Shown in pieces: positions 21,969 through 29,709 of a stretch of 32,000 bases of DNA. Numbering within the stretch: the stretch's first letter is position 1; every line of letters begins with the position of its first letter. Location of the stretch: positions 180,001-212,000 of the forward strand of contig JBJLBP010000001.1 in the NCBI GenBank assembly GCA_045568075.1. The letters are read 5' to 3'. A model generated the notes under the pieces. It was given only the letters and a program-made list of their open reading frames with translations, was not told where the DNA came from and did no database searches. A program made the translations under genes and the position numbers. The DNA is from Candidatus Thalassarchaeaceae archaeon (GTDB lineage Archaea; Thermoplasmatota; Poseidoniia; Poseidoniales; Thalassarchaeaceae).

Positions 21969-23494
21969 GCAGTCGAATTGCCACCGCTTGGGTCACTGAT
22001 CAATGTCGATGGACCCCCTAGTGGCATTTCAGGGAGAGGAGCAAGTGGGCCGCGAAGACTCGGGCCAATAGCAATGGTTCCGAAGATTCCCTCATCGACG
22101 ATATTGTGCGATAGTCCAAACCACGGCCTTCCGTGTTGGTCGACTAGAATGTCGATGAAATCACCAAATCCACCACACCTATTGTAACCACAGTCAGCGG
22201 TTGTGTCCAATGGGTCTCCAAATTCATTCAACTGAACTGTTGTGATTAACGGATTATCCGAGAACGCATCAGTGATAATTGAGATGTAACCATTCCAAGT
22301 ATTGTTGCCGGAATCTCCCAAGTAGGCGAGAGCAACTCTCCCCTCTCCTCCTGCAGAGATAGCAGGGAAACCAGTTCCTACGAGGTTAGTAGGTGGAGCA
22401 ACCATCAACGGGTCTGACCAAGAGTCTCCTTCATCTCTGGAGAATGAGTAGTAAGGCATGTTATCGATTCCCATCCACATTGCATGCAAATTATTTTCCT
22501 CATCGGGGTGAACTTGAGCTTCCTCAAAGTTCCAAGTATCTGCAGTGCCAGTTGTTTCTGTGGGCAGTGGATGTTCCGTCCAAGTCAAGCCCCCATCCCG
22601 AGTTCGATAAATTGAGTATCCTTCACCATCACACCCTGGATTCCCACGATACAAATTCCCATCATTTGCACCAATCATGTGACCAGTTAACCCCCCACTG
22701 TTGCAGTTTAGAGGTGTTCCCGGGACCTGCTGCGTCCAAGTCAGGCCGCCGTCAAAACTGGAAGAGCAGAGAGGCGATTGCCAATTCCCGTTGATACAGA
22801 ATACCCATGTTGTTGGGTGTAGCGGAGCCGGATAGGGAGCGGAAGCAATTGTCTGGTGATCTTGTATAGAAGTCCCAGTAGCTACTGTCGGCGGACTCCA
22901 ACTCTGCCCTTCATTATCTGACCATTCGACAGTCATTCCCAGCAAAGCGTGCATATCGAACTTCATTATTCGGTCAGTCCATGGATCGACGTAGACATAG
23001 GGGTCATTCGAATTCGCCACAGGAACGGTAGGCGGATTGTAGACATCCATACAATCATACTCAACATTACCAATCATCCCAATTAGTCCGGAACAGCGAA
23101 CAATCGCAGTCGATCCACTTTCTCCATTACCCCAACTAGTGACAAACAGATTGTCGGCAGAAGTGATTCCAATAGTTGGCTCAAAGGTAGACATCCCAAT
23201 GCCATAGTAGGTACCTAGAGCACAAACGGGCGCATTGTCGCCGACTAATACATCAGTTCCATTGAAAATGCTCGAAGTGGTAGTTGCATCGGTCGCATTC
23301 GCGTAATGATACCAAACATTGCTCGCAATACCTTCTGGACAGAGTGTGTCGAATACATTCTCAGGCTCCTCCAGAGGCTCCTCTCCTCCACCGAAGCAGC
23401 CCGAGAGCATTGGAGCCAACATCAGCAGCACGACTGCTGCGGTGGCACTGCGCATATTCCGCCGTCTTCGACTTGATACATCAGATGCTCGCAT
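21959..23494 (-). CDS. secreted lipobox BNR/Asp-box repeat beta-propeller protein (sialidase-like fold), paralog 1
   Basis: The signal ends in the lipobox LAPMLSGCFGG. The Asp-boxes are SDNEGQSWS, SFDGGLTWT, TRDGGLTWT and SRDEGDSWS. ATG 23455 (MRSATAAVVLL...) is an alternative start that aligns better with paralog 2. The 3' end overlaps the convergent LysE gene by 10 nt. Confidence 0.75.
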   Translation of the reverse strand: MRASDVSSRRRRNMRSATAAVVLLMLAPMLSGCFGGGEEPLEEPENVFDTLCPEGIASNVWYHYANATDATTTSSIFNGTDVLVGDNAPVCALGTYYGIGMSTFEPTIGITSADNLFVTSWGNGESGSTAIVRCSGLIGMIGNVEYDCMDVYNPPTVPVANSNDPYVYVDPWTDRIMKFDMHALLGMTVEWSDNEGQSWSPPTVATGTSIQDHQTIASAPYPAPLHPTTWVFCINGNWQSPLCSSSFDGGLTWTQQVPGTPLNCNSGGLTGHMIGANDGNLYRGNPGCDGEGYSIYRTRDGGLTWTEHPLPTETTGTADTWNFEEAQVHPDEENNLHAMWMGIDNMPYYSFSRDEGDSWSDPLMVAPPTNLVGTGFPAISAGGEGRVALAYLGDSGNNTWNGYISIITDAFSDNPLITTVQLNEFGDPLDTTADCGYNRCGGFGDFIDILVDQHGRPWFGLSHNIVDEGIFGTIAIGPSLRGPLAPLPEMPLGGPSTLISDPSGGNSTAQS

Positions 23495-23496
23495 TC

Positions 23497-25035
23497 TTAC
23501 ATCTTCAATGTCGAGGAGCCACCAGCAGGTAAATCGGGCAACTGAACGAGTTCTCCGTAAAGTGCCGGCCCAGTCATCAAAGTTCCAATTACAGCCTCTT
23601 CAGTCCCGGCCGCATTATGCGCCAGCGCAATCCAAGGCCGCCCTTCATCGTCCAGTTCGACATCGATGAAATCACCAAATCCACCACACCTTACATTACC
23701 ACAATCCGAGGTAATATCCAAGGCGTCCTCGGGCATATTGACGACAACGCTCGTGATTAGAGGATTCTCCGCGAAGGCATCAGTCATCACAGCCATGTAT
23801 CCACCCCATCCGCAAGTTGAGGAATTATCCTCAGTGGTGTTATTCCCTCCTCCTTCACAATCGTTGACTTCGCCGATGTAGCCGATTACTACACGCCCTT
23901 CATCTCCTGCAAAAATCGTCGGGAAGCCAGTCTCAGTGACACCAGGCGCGGCCACCATCATAGGTTGCGACCAAGTCATACCTTGATCCCGAGAGTAAGC
24001 ATACCAAGGCATCTGGTCGACCGAAATCCAGGTCGCGTGAACCGCCCCACCCTCATCGACAGCAACCGCTACCTCGTGAGCATGCCACCCCTGCTGCATC
24101 CCCACTTCGGTTGTTATCGTGTGCTCGCTCCACGTGTAGCCCCCATCATGAGAGGCGTACACCGCAGGCCCTTCGCAGGAGGGATTCCCTCGGTATATCG
24201 ACCCATCAGACCCTCCGGCGACGTGCCCATGAAGCCCAGAGCACTGATTCCCAAAGCTCTCTGTTGGGTAACCAAACTGCTGAGCGTCCCACGTATGTCC
24301 TCCATCCAATGATCTGGAACACTGTGCACCTGCTGCTGGTGAACCGGTGTTGATACAGTAGACGTAGACAACTTCACCCACGATGGCATTAGGGTGCGGC
24401 ATCGAGGCTATGCTTTGGTGATCTTGTGGCACTGCATATCCATGTGTTGGAAAAGGAGTGCTCCATGTTTCTCCATCATTGTTTGAATATTCGACATTAA
24501 TTACTGCTAGAGCGTGCATATCAAATTTGACTAAACGGTCAGTGAATTTGTCGACATAAATGTAAGGATCATTCGAATTCTGGGTTTGACCAGATCCCCC
24601 ATCTCCTCCTCCTAAGAACGGCCCGACATCCTCCCACGTCTGCCCTTGATCGCGCGAGCGGATTATGTGAGTGCCATCTCCCAGCCCATTCCAATTAGTG
24701 AAGAAAATCGCGCCCGAACCAGTCACTCCAATGGTCGGTTCGAAAGTGTCGAACCCCGTTCCGTAATACGTTCCTTGGGTGAAGAACGGGGTGCTTCCAT
24801 CAGTAAGGTTCTGTGTGATATTTGCCGCAGCGACTGCTGCGGAGTCTGTTGCATCGATGGCGCCGGGTGATCCGACGGTGCCTGGATAGTGATACCAAGT
24901 GGTAGTTGGGATTGCGCCTTGGTCGAAGACAAACGGCCCTTCGGGTTCAGGTTCAGGAGCATCATCTCCGCCGAAGCAGCCGCTTATTGCGGGTGCGATG
25001 AGTAAGAGGGTGAGTAGCAGCGCGACGCTCCGCAT
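23497..25035 (-). CDS. secreted lipobox BNR/Asp-box repeat beta-propeller protein (sialidase-like fold), paralog 2
   Basis: The N-terminus is MRSVALLLTLLLIAPAISGCFGG. Five Asp-boxes are present: SRDQGQTWE, SNNDGETWS, SLDGGHTWD, SHDGGYTWS and SRDQGMTWS. It is collinear with paralog 1 (DPYIYVDKFTDRLVKFDMHAL, RCGGFGDFID). Its stop lies 2 nt from the paralog 1 start. Confidence 0.75.
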   Translation of the reverse strand: MRSVALLLTLLLIAPAISGCFGGDDAPEPEPEGPFVFDQGAIPTTTWYHYPGTVGSPGAIDATDSAAVAAANITQNLTDGSTPFFTQGTYYGTGFDTFEPTIGVTGSGAIFFTNWNGLGDGTHIIRSRDQGQTWEDVGPFLGGGDGGSGQTQNSNDPYIYVDKFTDRLVKFDMHALAVINVEYSNNDGETWSTPFPTHGYAVPQDHQSIASMPHPNAIVGEVVYVYCINTGSPAAGAQCSRSLDGGHTWDAQQFGYPTESFGNQCSGLHGHVAGGSDGSIYRGNPSCEGPAVYASHDGGYTWSEHTITTEVGMQQGWHAHEVAVAVDEGGAVHATWISVDQMPWYAYSRDQGMTWSQPMMVAAPGVTETGFPTIFAGDEGRVVIGYIGEVNDCEGGGNNTTEDNSSTCGWGGYMAVMTDAFAENPLITSVVVNMPEDALDITSDCGNVRCGGFGDFIDVELDDEGRPWIALAHNAAGTEEAVIGTLMTGPALYGELVQLPDLPAGGSSTLKM

Positions 25036-25105
25036 CAGTTTCGGGTCAGGCGCGCCGGTCTAAACTTGATGCGTGCGTTGCGCGGGTCGTGCAGGCACTT
25101 CCCCC

Positions 25106-26128
25106 TCAATCCCAATTGTTCTCAAAGATAGCAGGGGTTGTGTCGAGAATCGATTTGAGAGGGTCTCTCCATTCCATGTCGAGGTCCTTCTCAGCCGGGC
25201 TCGCATCCCAGTAGAGTTTGTTCTTCAAATGCCTACGAGCCCATGAAACATCGATTTTCGGGTGAAAAACTGCTGCAACTAAGGAGAGCCAATACGGTGC
25301 AGTCCAAGTCACCCATTTTCGATCTGGGTGAGCCTTTTTCAGAGCAGTTGCCATTTCATTCATCATCATCTCACCAGCGACTGTGAGATAACGACCTTCA
25401 TTTTCACCGCCGGTGAGTGCGCGAACGTGTGCCTCAGCCACATCACGCACATCGACAATCGAAACCTGCATTGGCAGATTTAGAGGCACATCGCGCCTAA
25501 CCATTGCCATCAGAAGGGCCAGTGACCCGCGCAGATGACGTGGAGACATTGGAGGCCCGAAGACCATGCATGGGTGGATTGTGACTAGGTGCGGGCGATC
25601 GTCTTCCGGTTTTTCAGCGTGCCAATCACGTACTATACGCTCGGCGCTTACCTTTGCAAGACCATACGGATTAGCTTCGAGAGTAGCATCGTCCGCCCAA
25701 GTCTCAGTGGTGAGGGTCGTACCATCTTCCCATTCCATTGGGCGAATTGCAGCGGTCGAGGAGGTGTGGACGAAGCGCTCAACGCTTCCCGCCTTTTCGA
25801 CCGCGGCAACGACATTCTGAGTTCCAATGACACTCGGGTCGACAATCTTAGTCTGAGGTTCACGGGAGCGAACGATGACGCTGGCAGCGGTATGAATCAG
25901 ATCTGTGCACCCGGCGATTGCAGCATCGACCGAGTCGGAGTCAAAGAGATCCATCTCAACTATTTCCAACGAGCCACCTTCAGCCACCGCCAAGGCTCGC
26001 AAATGATCGACCCGTTCAGGATCCGAAGCGTCTCGAACCGTAGCCCTAACAGTAGTACCACGGGCCAATAGATTCGCAACCACATGGCTGCCGATATAGC
26101 CAGACGCTCCGGTGACTACCGTTACCAT
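25106..26128 (-). CDS. NAD(P)-dependent extended SDR (epimerase/dehydratase or dihydroflavonol/aldehyde-reductase-like)
   Basis: It has the VTGASGYIGSHVV Rossmann motif at the N-terminus and a catalytic YxxxK in NPYGLAKVSAE. The protein is 340 aa. Confidence 0.8.
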   Translation of the reverse strand: MVTVVTGASGYIGSHVVANLLARGTTVRATVRDASDPERVDHLRALAVAEGGSLEIVEMDLFDSDSVDAAIAGCTDLIHTAASVIVRSREPQTKIVDPSVIGTQNVVAAVEKAGSVERFVHTSSTAAIRPMEWEDGTTLTTETWADDATLEANPYGLAKVSAERIVRDWHAEKPEDDRPHLVTIHPCMVFGPPMSPRHLRGSLALLMAMVRRDVPLNLPMQVSIVDVRDVAEAHVRALTGGENEGRYLTVAGEMMMNEMATALKKAHPDRKWVTWTAPYWLSLVAAVFHPKIDVSWARRHLKNKLYWDASPAEKDLDMEWRDPLKSILDTTPAIFENNWD

Positions 26129-26163
26129 CGCATCGCGATAGACACCGACGCTTCAACCCTGAC

Positions 26164-27591
26164 TCAAGCCAATCCATCGGTCAATTGCTCGAGTAACCCA
26201 TCCAATTCTTTCTCATCCGGCATCAGAGCCGCCGCCTCCTGCGCCGCAAATAGGGCCGAAGTTGTCCGCCCCATTTCCAGATGGGCGCGGGCAAGATTTG
26301 CCCAAGCCGCGCCTCTCTCACAATAATTCACAGAATTGATTGCCCCGCGGAACCATTCGATTGCTCTCTCTGCCTCTCCTCGTTGAAGCAAAGCCTCACC
26401 GACTTCGTTCCACGAACCACCGTAATCAGGATTTGTTTCTATGGCTCGCCTCTGCCAAGCCAAACCATCCTCTTCATCCTCTGAGAAAGTCATCCCGAGA
26501 TAACAAGCGGCCTCAGGCGATGGACTCAGTTGGAAGGATGTGCCATGGTGCTCGGCCGCAACTCGCAGGATCCCTAATCTCTGCAGAACATTACCCATCC
26601 GGAAAAGATCCTGCGCCAAGACCTCGCGAAGTCCTACCTCAAAACCGGAGCCATGTGTCGTAGCCTCGACCTCACTCCAGACCTCTTCTATCATATCGAG
26701 CAAGGCAGCCGGCCCGAGCCGGTCCCTTGTCGGGTCATCATTAGCGTGCATCCAAGCCGCCTTATTGGTGAGTGGATTTTCTACCGATAACTCTGGAATT
26801 TCAATTAGCGGCGCTAAATCACAAAGCGTTTGCGCCGCTTCATCTTGAATCATATCTACATTCCAAATAGCCAGCCATTGAGCTTGAAATTCACCTTCAT
26901 TCTGTCGTGTAATCGTCTGTAGTATAGTCCCAGTCTCTTCACCGATAGCAGCTACTGCAGTGCCTTCGAAGGAAAGCCGCATCAGCAAGCCAACCGGCAC
27001 TCGAGGCAAACCACCTGTGACTAGGATTCGGTCCCAACCATCCTCTGGAGTTCCCTTGTATGCGTCAGCAAGCCCACACCATTCGATTTCACAACCAACA
27101 GCATCTGCGACGAGATTCATGCGCATTTCTTCCCAGCGCCTCCGTAATTCTTCGCGCCTGCCATCATCCACTTCGATTATTCGAAGCCGACCAGCGCCGA
27201 GCTGCATCAGCACCTCAGTCCACCAATTGCCGCGCGGCGCGACGATCATCACAGAATCACCTCGCTCCAACTCAAGCATCTGAATCACTTGAGCAGTCTC
27301 GTAAATTCCAGGCAACAATGAGTTGGGAGCACTTACGTCAGACCACCAAGGCATACGCAGAGCACTACTCTCGATATTCACACCTTCATCACCGATCGGT
27401 AAAGGCAAGGCGTGAATGCCACGCGGGGTGCGCATCAGCACATCACGTAACTCATCATCCTCTATCGCCCCCATGAGAACCAACCGTTCGACCGCCTCAA
27501 CATGAGGCGCCAACCCCGGCCATGTTCTTACTTGTGGGAGCGCATTCAAATCGCAGTCGGAACCGTCCTGAACACTCCAATCCTTCTCCAC
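26164..27591 (-). CDS. protein-L-isoaspartate-methyltransferase-like domain (SAM motif degenerate) fused to C-terminal TPR-like repeats
   Basis: The N-terminal half follows the PIMT order (ELRDVLMRTPRGIHALPLPIGDEG...IYETAQVIQMLELERGDSVMIVAPRGNWWTEVL...WDRILVTGGLPRVPVGLL). VMIVAPRGNW replaces the VLEIGTGSGY SAM loop. The C-terminus (AIETNPDYGGSWNEVGEALLQRGEAERAIEWFRGAI...AWANLARAHLEMGR) looks TPR-like. Confidence 0.5.
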   Translation of the reverse strand: MEKDWSVQDGSDCDLNALPQVRTWPGLAPHVEAVERLVLMGAIEDDELRDVLMRTPRGIHALPLPIGDEGVNIESSALRMPWWSDVSAPNSLLPGIYETAQVIQMLELERGDSVMIVAPRGNWWTEVLMQLGAGRLRIIEVDDGRREELRRRWEEMRMNLVADAVGCEIEWCGLADAYKGTPEDGWDRILVTGGLPRVPVGLLMRLSFEGTAVAAIGEETGTILQTITRQNEGEFQAQWLAIWNVDMIQDEAAQTLCDLAPLIEIPELSVENPLTNKAAWMHANDDPTRDRLGPAALLDMIEEVWSEVEATTHGSGFEVGLREVLAQDLFRMGNVLQRLGILRVAAEHHGTSFQLSPSPEAACYLGMTFSEDEEDGLAWQRRAIETNPDYGGSWNEVGEALLQRGEAERAIEWFRGAINSVNYCERGAAWANLARAHLEMGRTTSALFAAQEAAALMPDEKELDGLLEQLTDGLA

Positions 27592-27764
27592 GTAGTGTAG
27601 TTCTCACGCATCCATTATTGAACCCCACCCCTCTCGGATGGGCGCACACATCATTTCCCAACCCTCTCGCGCAGTGGGCCATTCCCCCTTTCCTCAATCG
27701 GCTACCTTTTTCCCATTGAATTAGACTAGGAAACGCTCAATATCCACCTATTGTACGGGACCTC

Positions 27765-28094
27765 ATGGGAGTTTACGAACTAATGATGAAGGCAATGGAA
27801 GAAAGGGATGCGGCGCATTACACAAATGCATTACACGATGATTACGAATTCGTCCGCCACCAATCTGGGACCACTATGAATAAGACTCAGATGAGCGAGA
27901 TGATGGTCAGTATGATGGCAAACACAAACCTTGTGATTAGCGAATCAAGATGCATCTATGAGAACGACGAAATCCTCGTCGAGCACTCAATGATGGATTT
28001 TCCTGACGGCACTAGAGAGGCTGTGATGGCGGTCCACACCAAAAAGGATGGAAAGCTCATTCGAAGTGAAACAGGCGCGACTCTAATTCAATGA
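27765..28094 (+). CDS. small SnoaL/NTF2-like fold protein (tentative)
   Basis: It is 109 aa. The opening ELMMKAMEERDAAHYTNALHDDYEFVRHQSG resembles SnoaL-like/DUF4440 N-termini. This is a weak call made from pattern only. Confidence 0.35.
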   Translation: MGVYELMMKAMEERDAAHYTNALHDDYEFVRHQSGTTMNKTQMSEMMVSMMANTNLVISESRCIYENDEILVEHSMMDFPDGTREAVMAVHTKKDGKLIRSETGATLIQ

Positions 28095-28100
28095 GGAGCC

Positions 28101-28138
28101 TGTCGAATTCGACAACCCAACGTGTCGAGTTCGACAAC
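28101..28138. repeat. two direct copies of a 16-nt element, each an internal palindrome, in a convergent intergenic gap
   Basis: TGTCGAATTCGACAAC (28101-28116) and TGTCGAGTTCGACAAC (28123-28138) differ at one position. TGTCGAATTCGACA is a perfect 14-bp palindrome. The pair lies between the stops at 28094 (+) and 28156 (-). Confidence 0.7.
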
Positions 28139-28155
28139 TTCGGGTACATCGCCGA

Positions 28156-29673
28156 TTATTCGAGCCACAATCCGATGGAAGCATCCCACGCTTGGTAGGA
28201 CACACAGTTTGCATCAGCAGAGTAGACCATGAAGTAAGTAGAGTCCTCATGCGTGGAGGAACTGAATGAAAGATCGATATCAAACCAGCCGTTTGAATTC
28301 GAATAGTAACACCAGTAGTTCCACTGCCCTGCGCTAATGTCGTATTGTCCGACCCCAACCCTTCCCGATGGCCCGTAAGTCCAACCTTGTAGGGCGTAAG
28401 CCGTATCCAATTGCGCTACAGAACAAGGGATATCTGAATCCAACAAGATTCCAAACGAGAGGAATAGATCTTCTTCACACATCGAAGTAGTATGGTTAAC
28501 TCCCTGCCCACTTTGAGTATTATTCGATACCACCGAAGCGCCCCAAAAAGCGACTCCATTGGTCAAAGAAGATAACTCATTGAATCTAACTGGCATCGAC
28601 TGCCCGTAGATGTCTTTTACTTCGAAGTGAAGATGAGGGCCTGTACTCCAACCAGTGTTTCCAGAGAGGGCAATAGGCTCGCCTTGATGGACAATATCGC
28701 CAACATCGAGCAAGACTCCATTGTAAGTGAGATGTGCGTACATCCCGAAAGTAGAATCTCCATGGTCGATGATCACGTAGTTTGATTGATTTACACAATC
28801 CGATGAAGGACAACCTCCTGTGTGATGTTCTACAACCTCAATTACAACGCCAGGTAATGCCGCAGTGATTGTTGTATTTTCATTAACAGGAAAATCCACA
28901 GCGTAGAGCATTATTCCATTATGGCTGTAATACCCATGAAAACTCTGAGTAATATTGGCGACAAATCCGACCTCAAATGGAATACTTACCCAAACAATCC
29001 CACCCGATCGGCAGACTCCGTTATCCTCGTATGTACTGTCATCACATTCAAGCTGAGAGTTTTGTAATTCGGAAATTTCCTCCTCCAAATCCTCAACACT
29101 TTCTTCCAATTCTCCTACACGCTCGTAATAATAATCTCTAGTCGCTTCAAGATTTGAAATAATCACGTCGTAAGTGATAATTTGGTTCTGTAACTCAAGA
29201 ATTGTTGAATTGAGTGATTCTGCGAGACTTCTCAACTCCTGTATATTCTCTCTCGCTTCGGCCGAATCTTCTTCCAACCTCTCCAATTCCTCTTCTAATC
29301 CTGATAAATTGACTTGCGCGATAACTAATTCTTCTGTCAGAGTCTGAACCTCTCCTAGAGCTTGAGAATACTGTTCTCCCAACACTTGCAATTCATCCCT
29401 GAGGGTAGAAATATTACCATTCAATACTGTAATTTCTTCATTCAAATTGGAGATAGTTGTCTGAAGAGCAGGAACTTGGTCGGCCAACTCTTGCAATTCT
29501 GATACTATTTCTTCCAGACTCTCTATAGTATCTTCAGACTCATTTAATCTCAGATTCAAGTCGGAAATTTCCTCATCTTTGTAGTCCGTATTTGGAACCG
29601 AATTTTCTTCTCCAGAGCAGCCCGCAAACGATGCGGCCACTAGGAGCAGGACGATGAAGGACGCTCTGCGCAC
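28156..29673 (-). CDS. lipobox-anchored peptidase M23 (LytM/lysostaphin family) with a long N-terminal coiled coil and an unknown C-terminal domain
   Basis: The signal and lipobox read MRRASFIVLLLVAASFAGCSGEE. About 175 aa of heptad-rich sequence follow (nt ~29043-29571). The M23 catalytic motifs are VIIDHGDSTFGMYAHL and SGNTGWSTGPHLHFEV. The last ~130 aa are W/Y/C-rich and match no family I recognise. Confidence 0.8.
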   Translation of the reverse strand: MRRASFIVLLLVAASFAGCSGEENSVPNTDYKDEEISDLNLRLNESEDTIESLEEIVSELQELADQVPALQTTISNLNEEITVLNGNISTLRDELQVLGEQYSQALGEVQTLTEELVIAQVNLSGLEEELERLEEDSAEARENIQELRSLAESLNSTILELQNQIITYDVIISNLEATRDYYYERVGELEESVEDLEEEISELQNSQLECDDSTYEDNGVCRSGGIVWVSIPFEVGFVANITQSFHGYYSHNGIMLYAVDFPVNENTTITAALPGVVIEVVEHHTGGCPSSDCVNQSNYVIIDHGDSTFGMYAHLTYNGVLLDVGDIVHQGEPIALSGNTGWSTGPHLHFEVKDIYGQSMPVRFNELSSLTNGVAFWGASVVSNNTQSGQGVNHTTSMCEEDLFLSFGILLDSDIPCSVAQLDTAYALQGWTYGPSGRVGVGQYDISAGQWNYWCYYSNSNGWFDIDLSFSSSTHEDSTYFMVYSADANCVSYQAWDASIGLWLE

Positions 29674-29709
29674 AATTGCCCACGAGAAGAACTTCGGATG
29701 AAGGTTATC

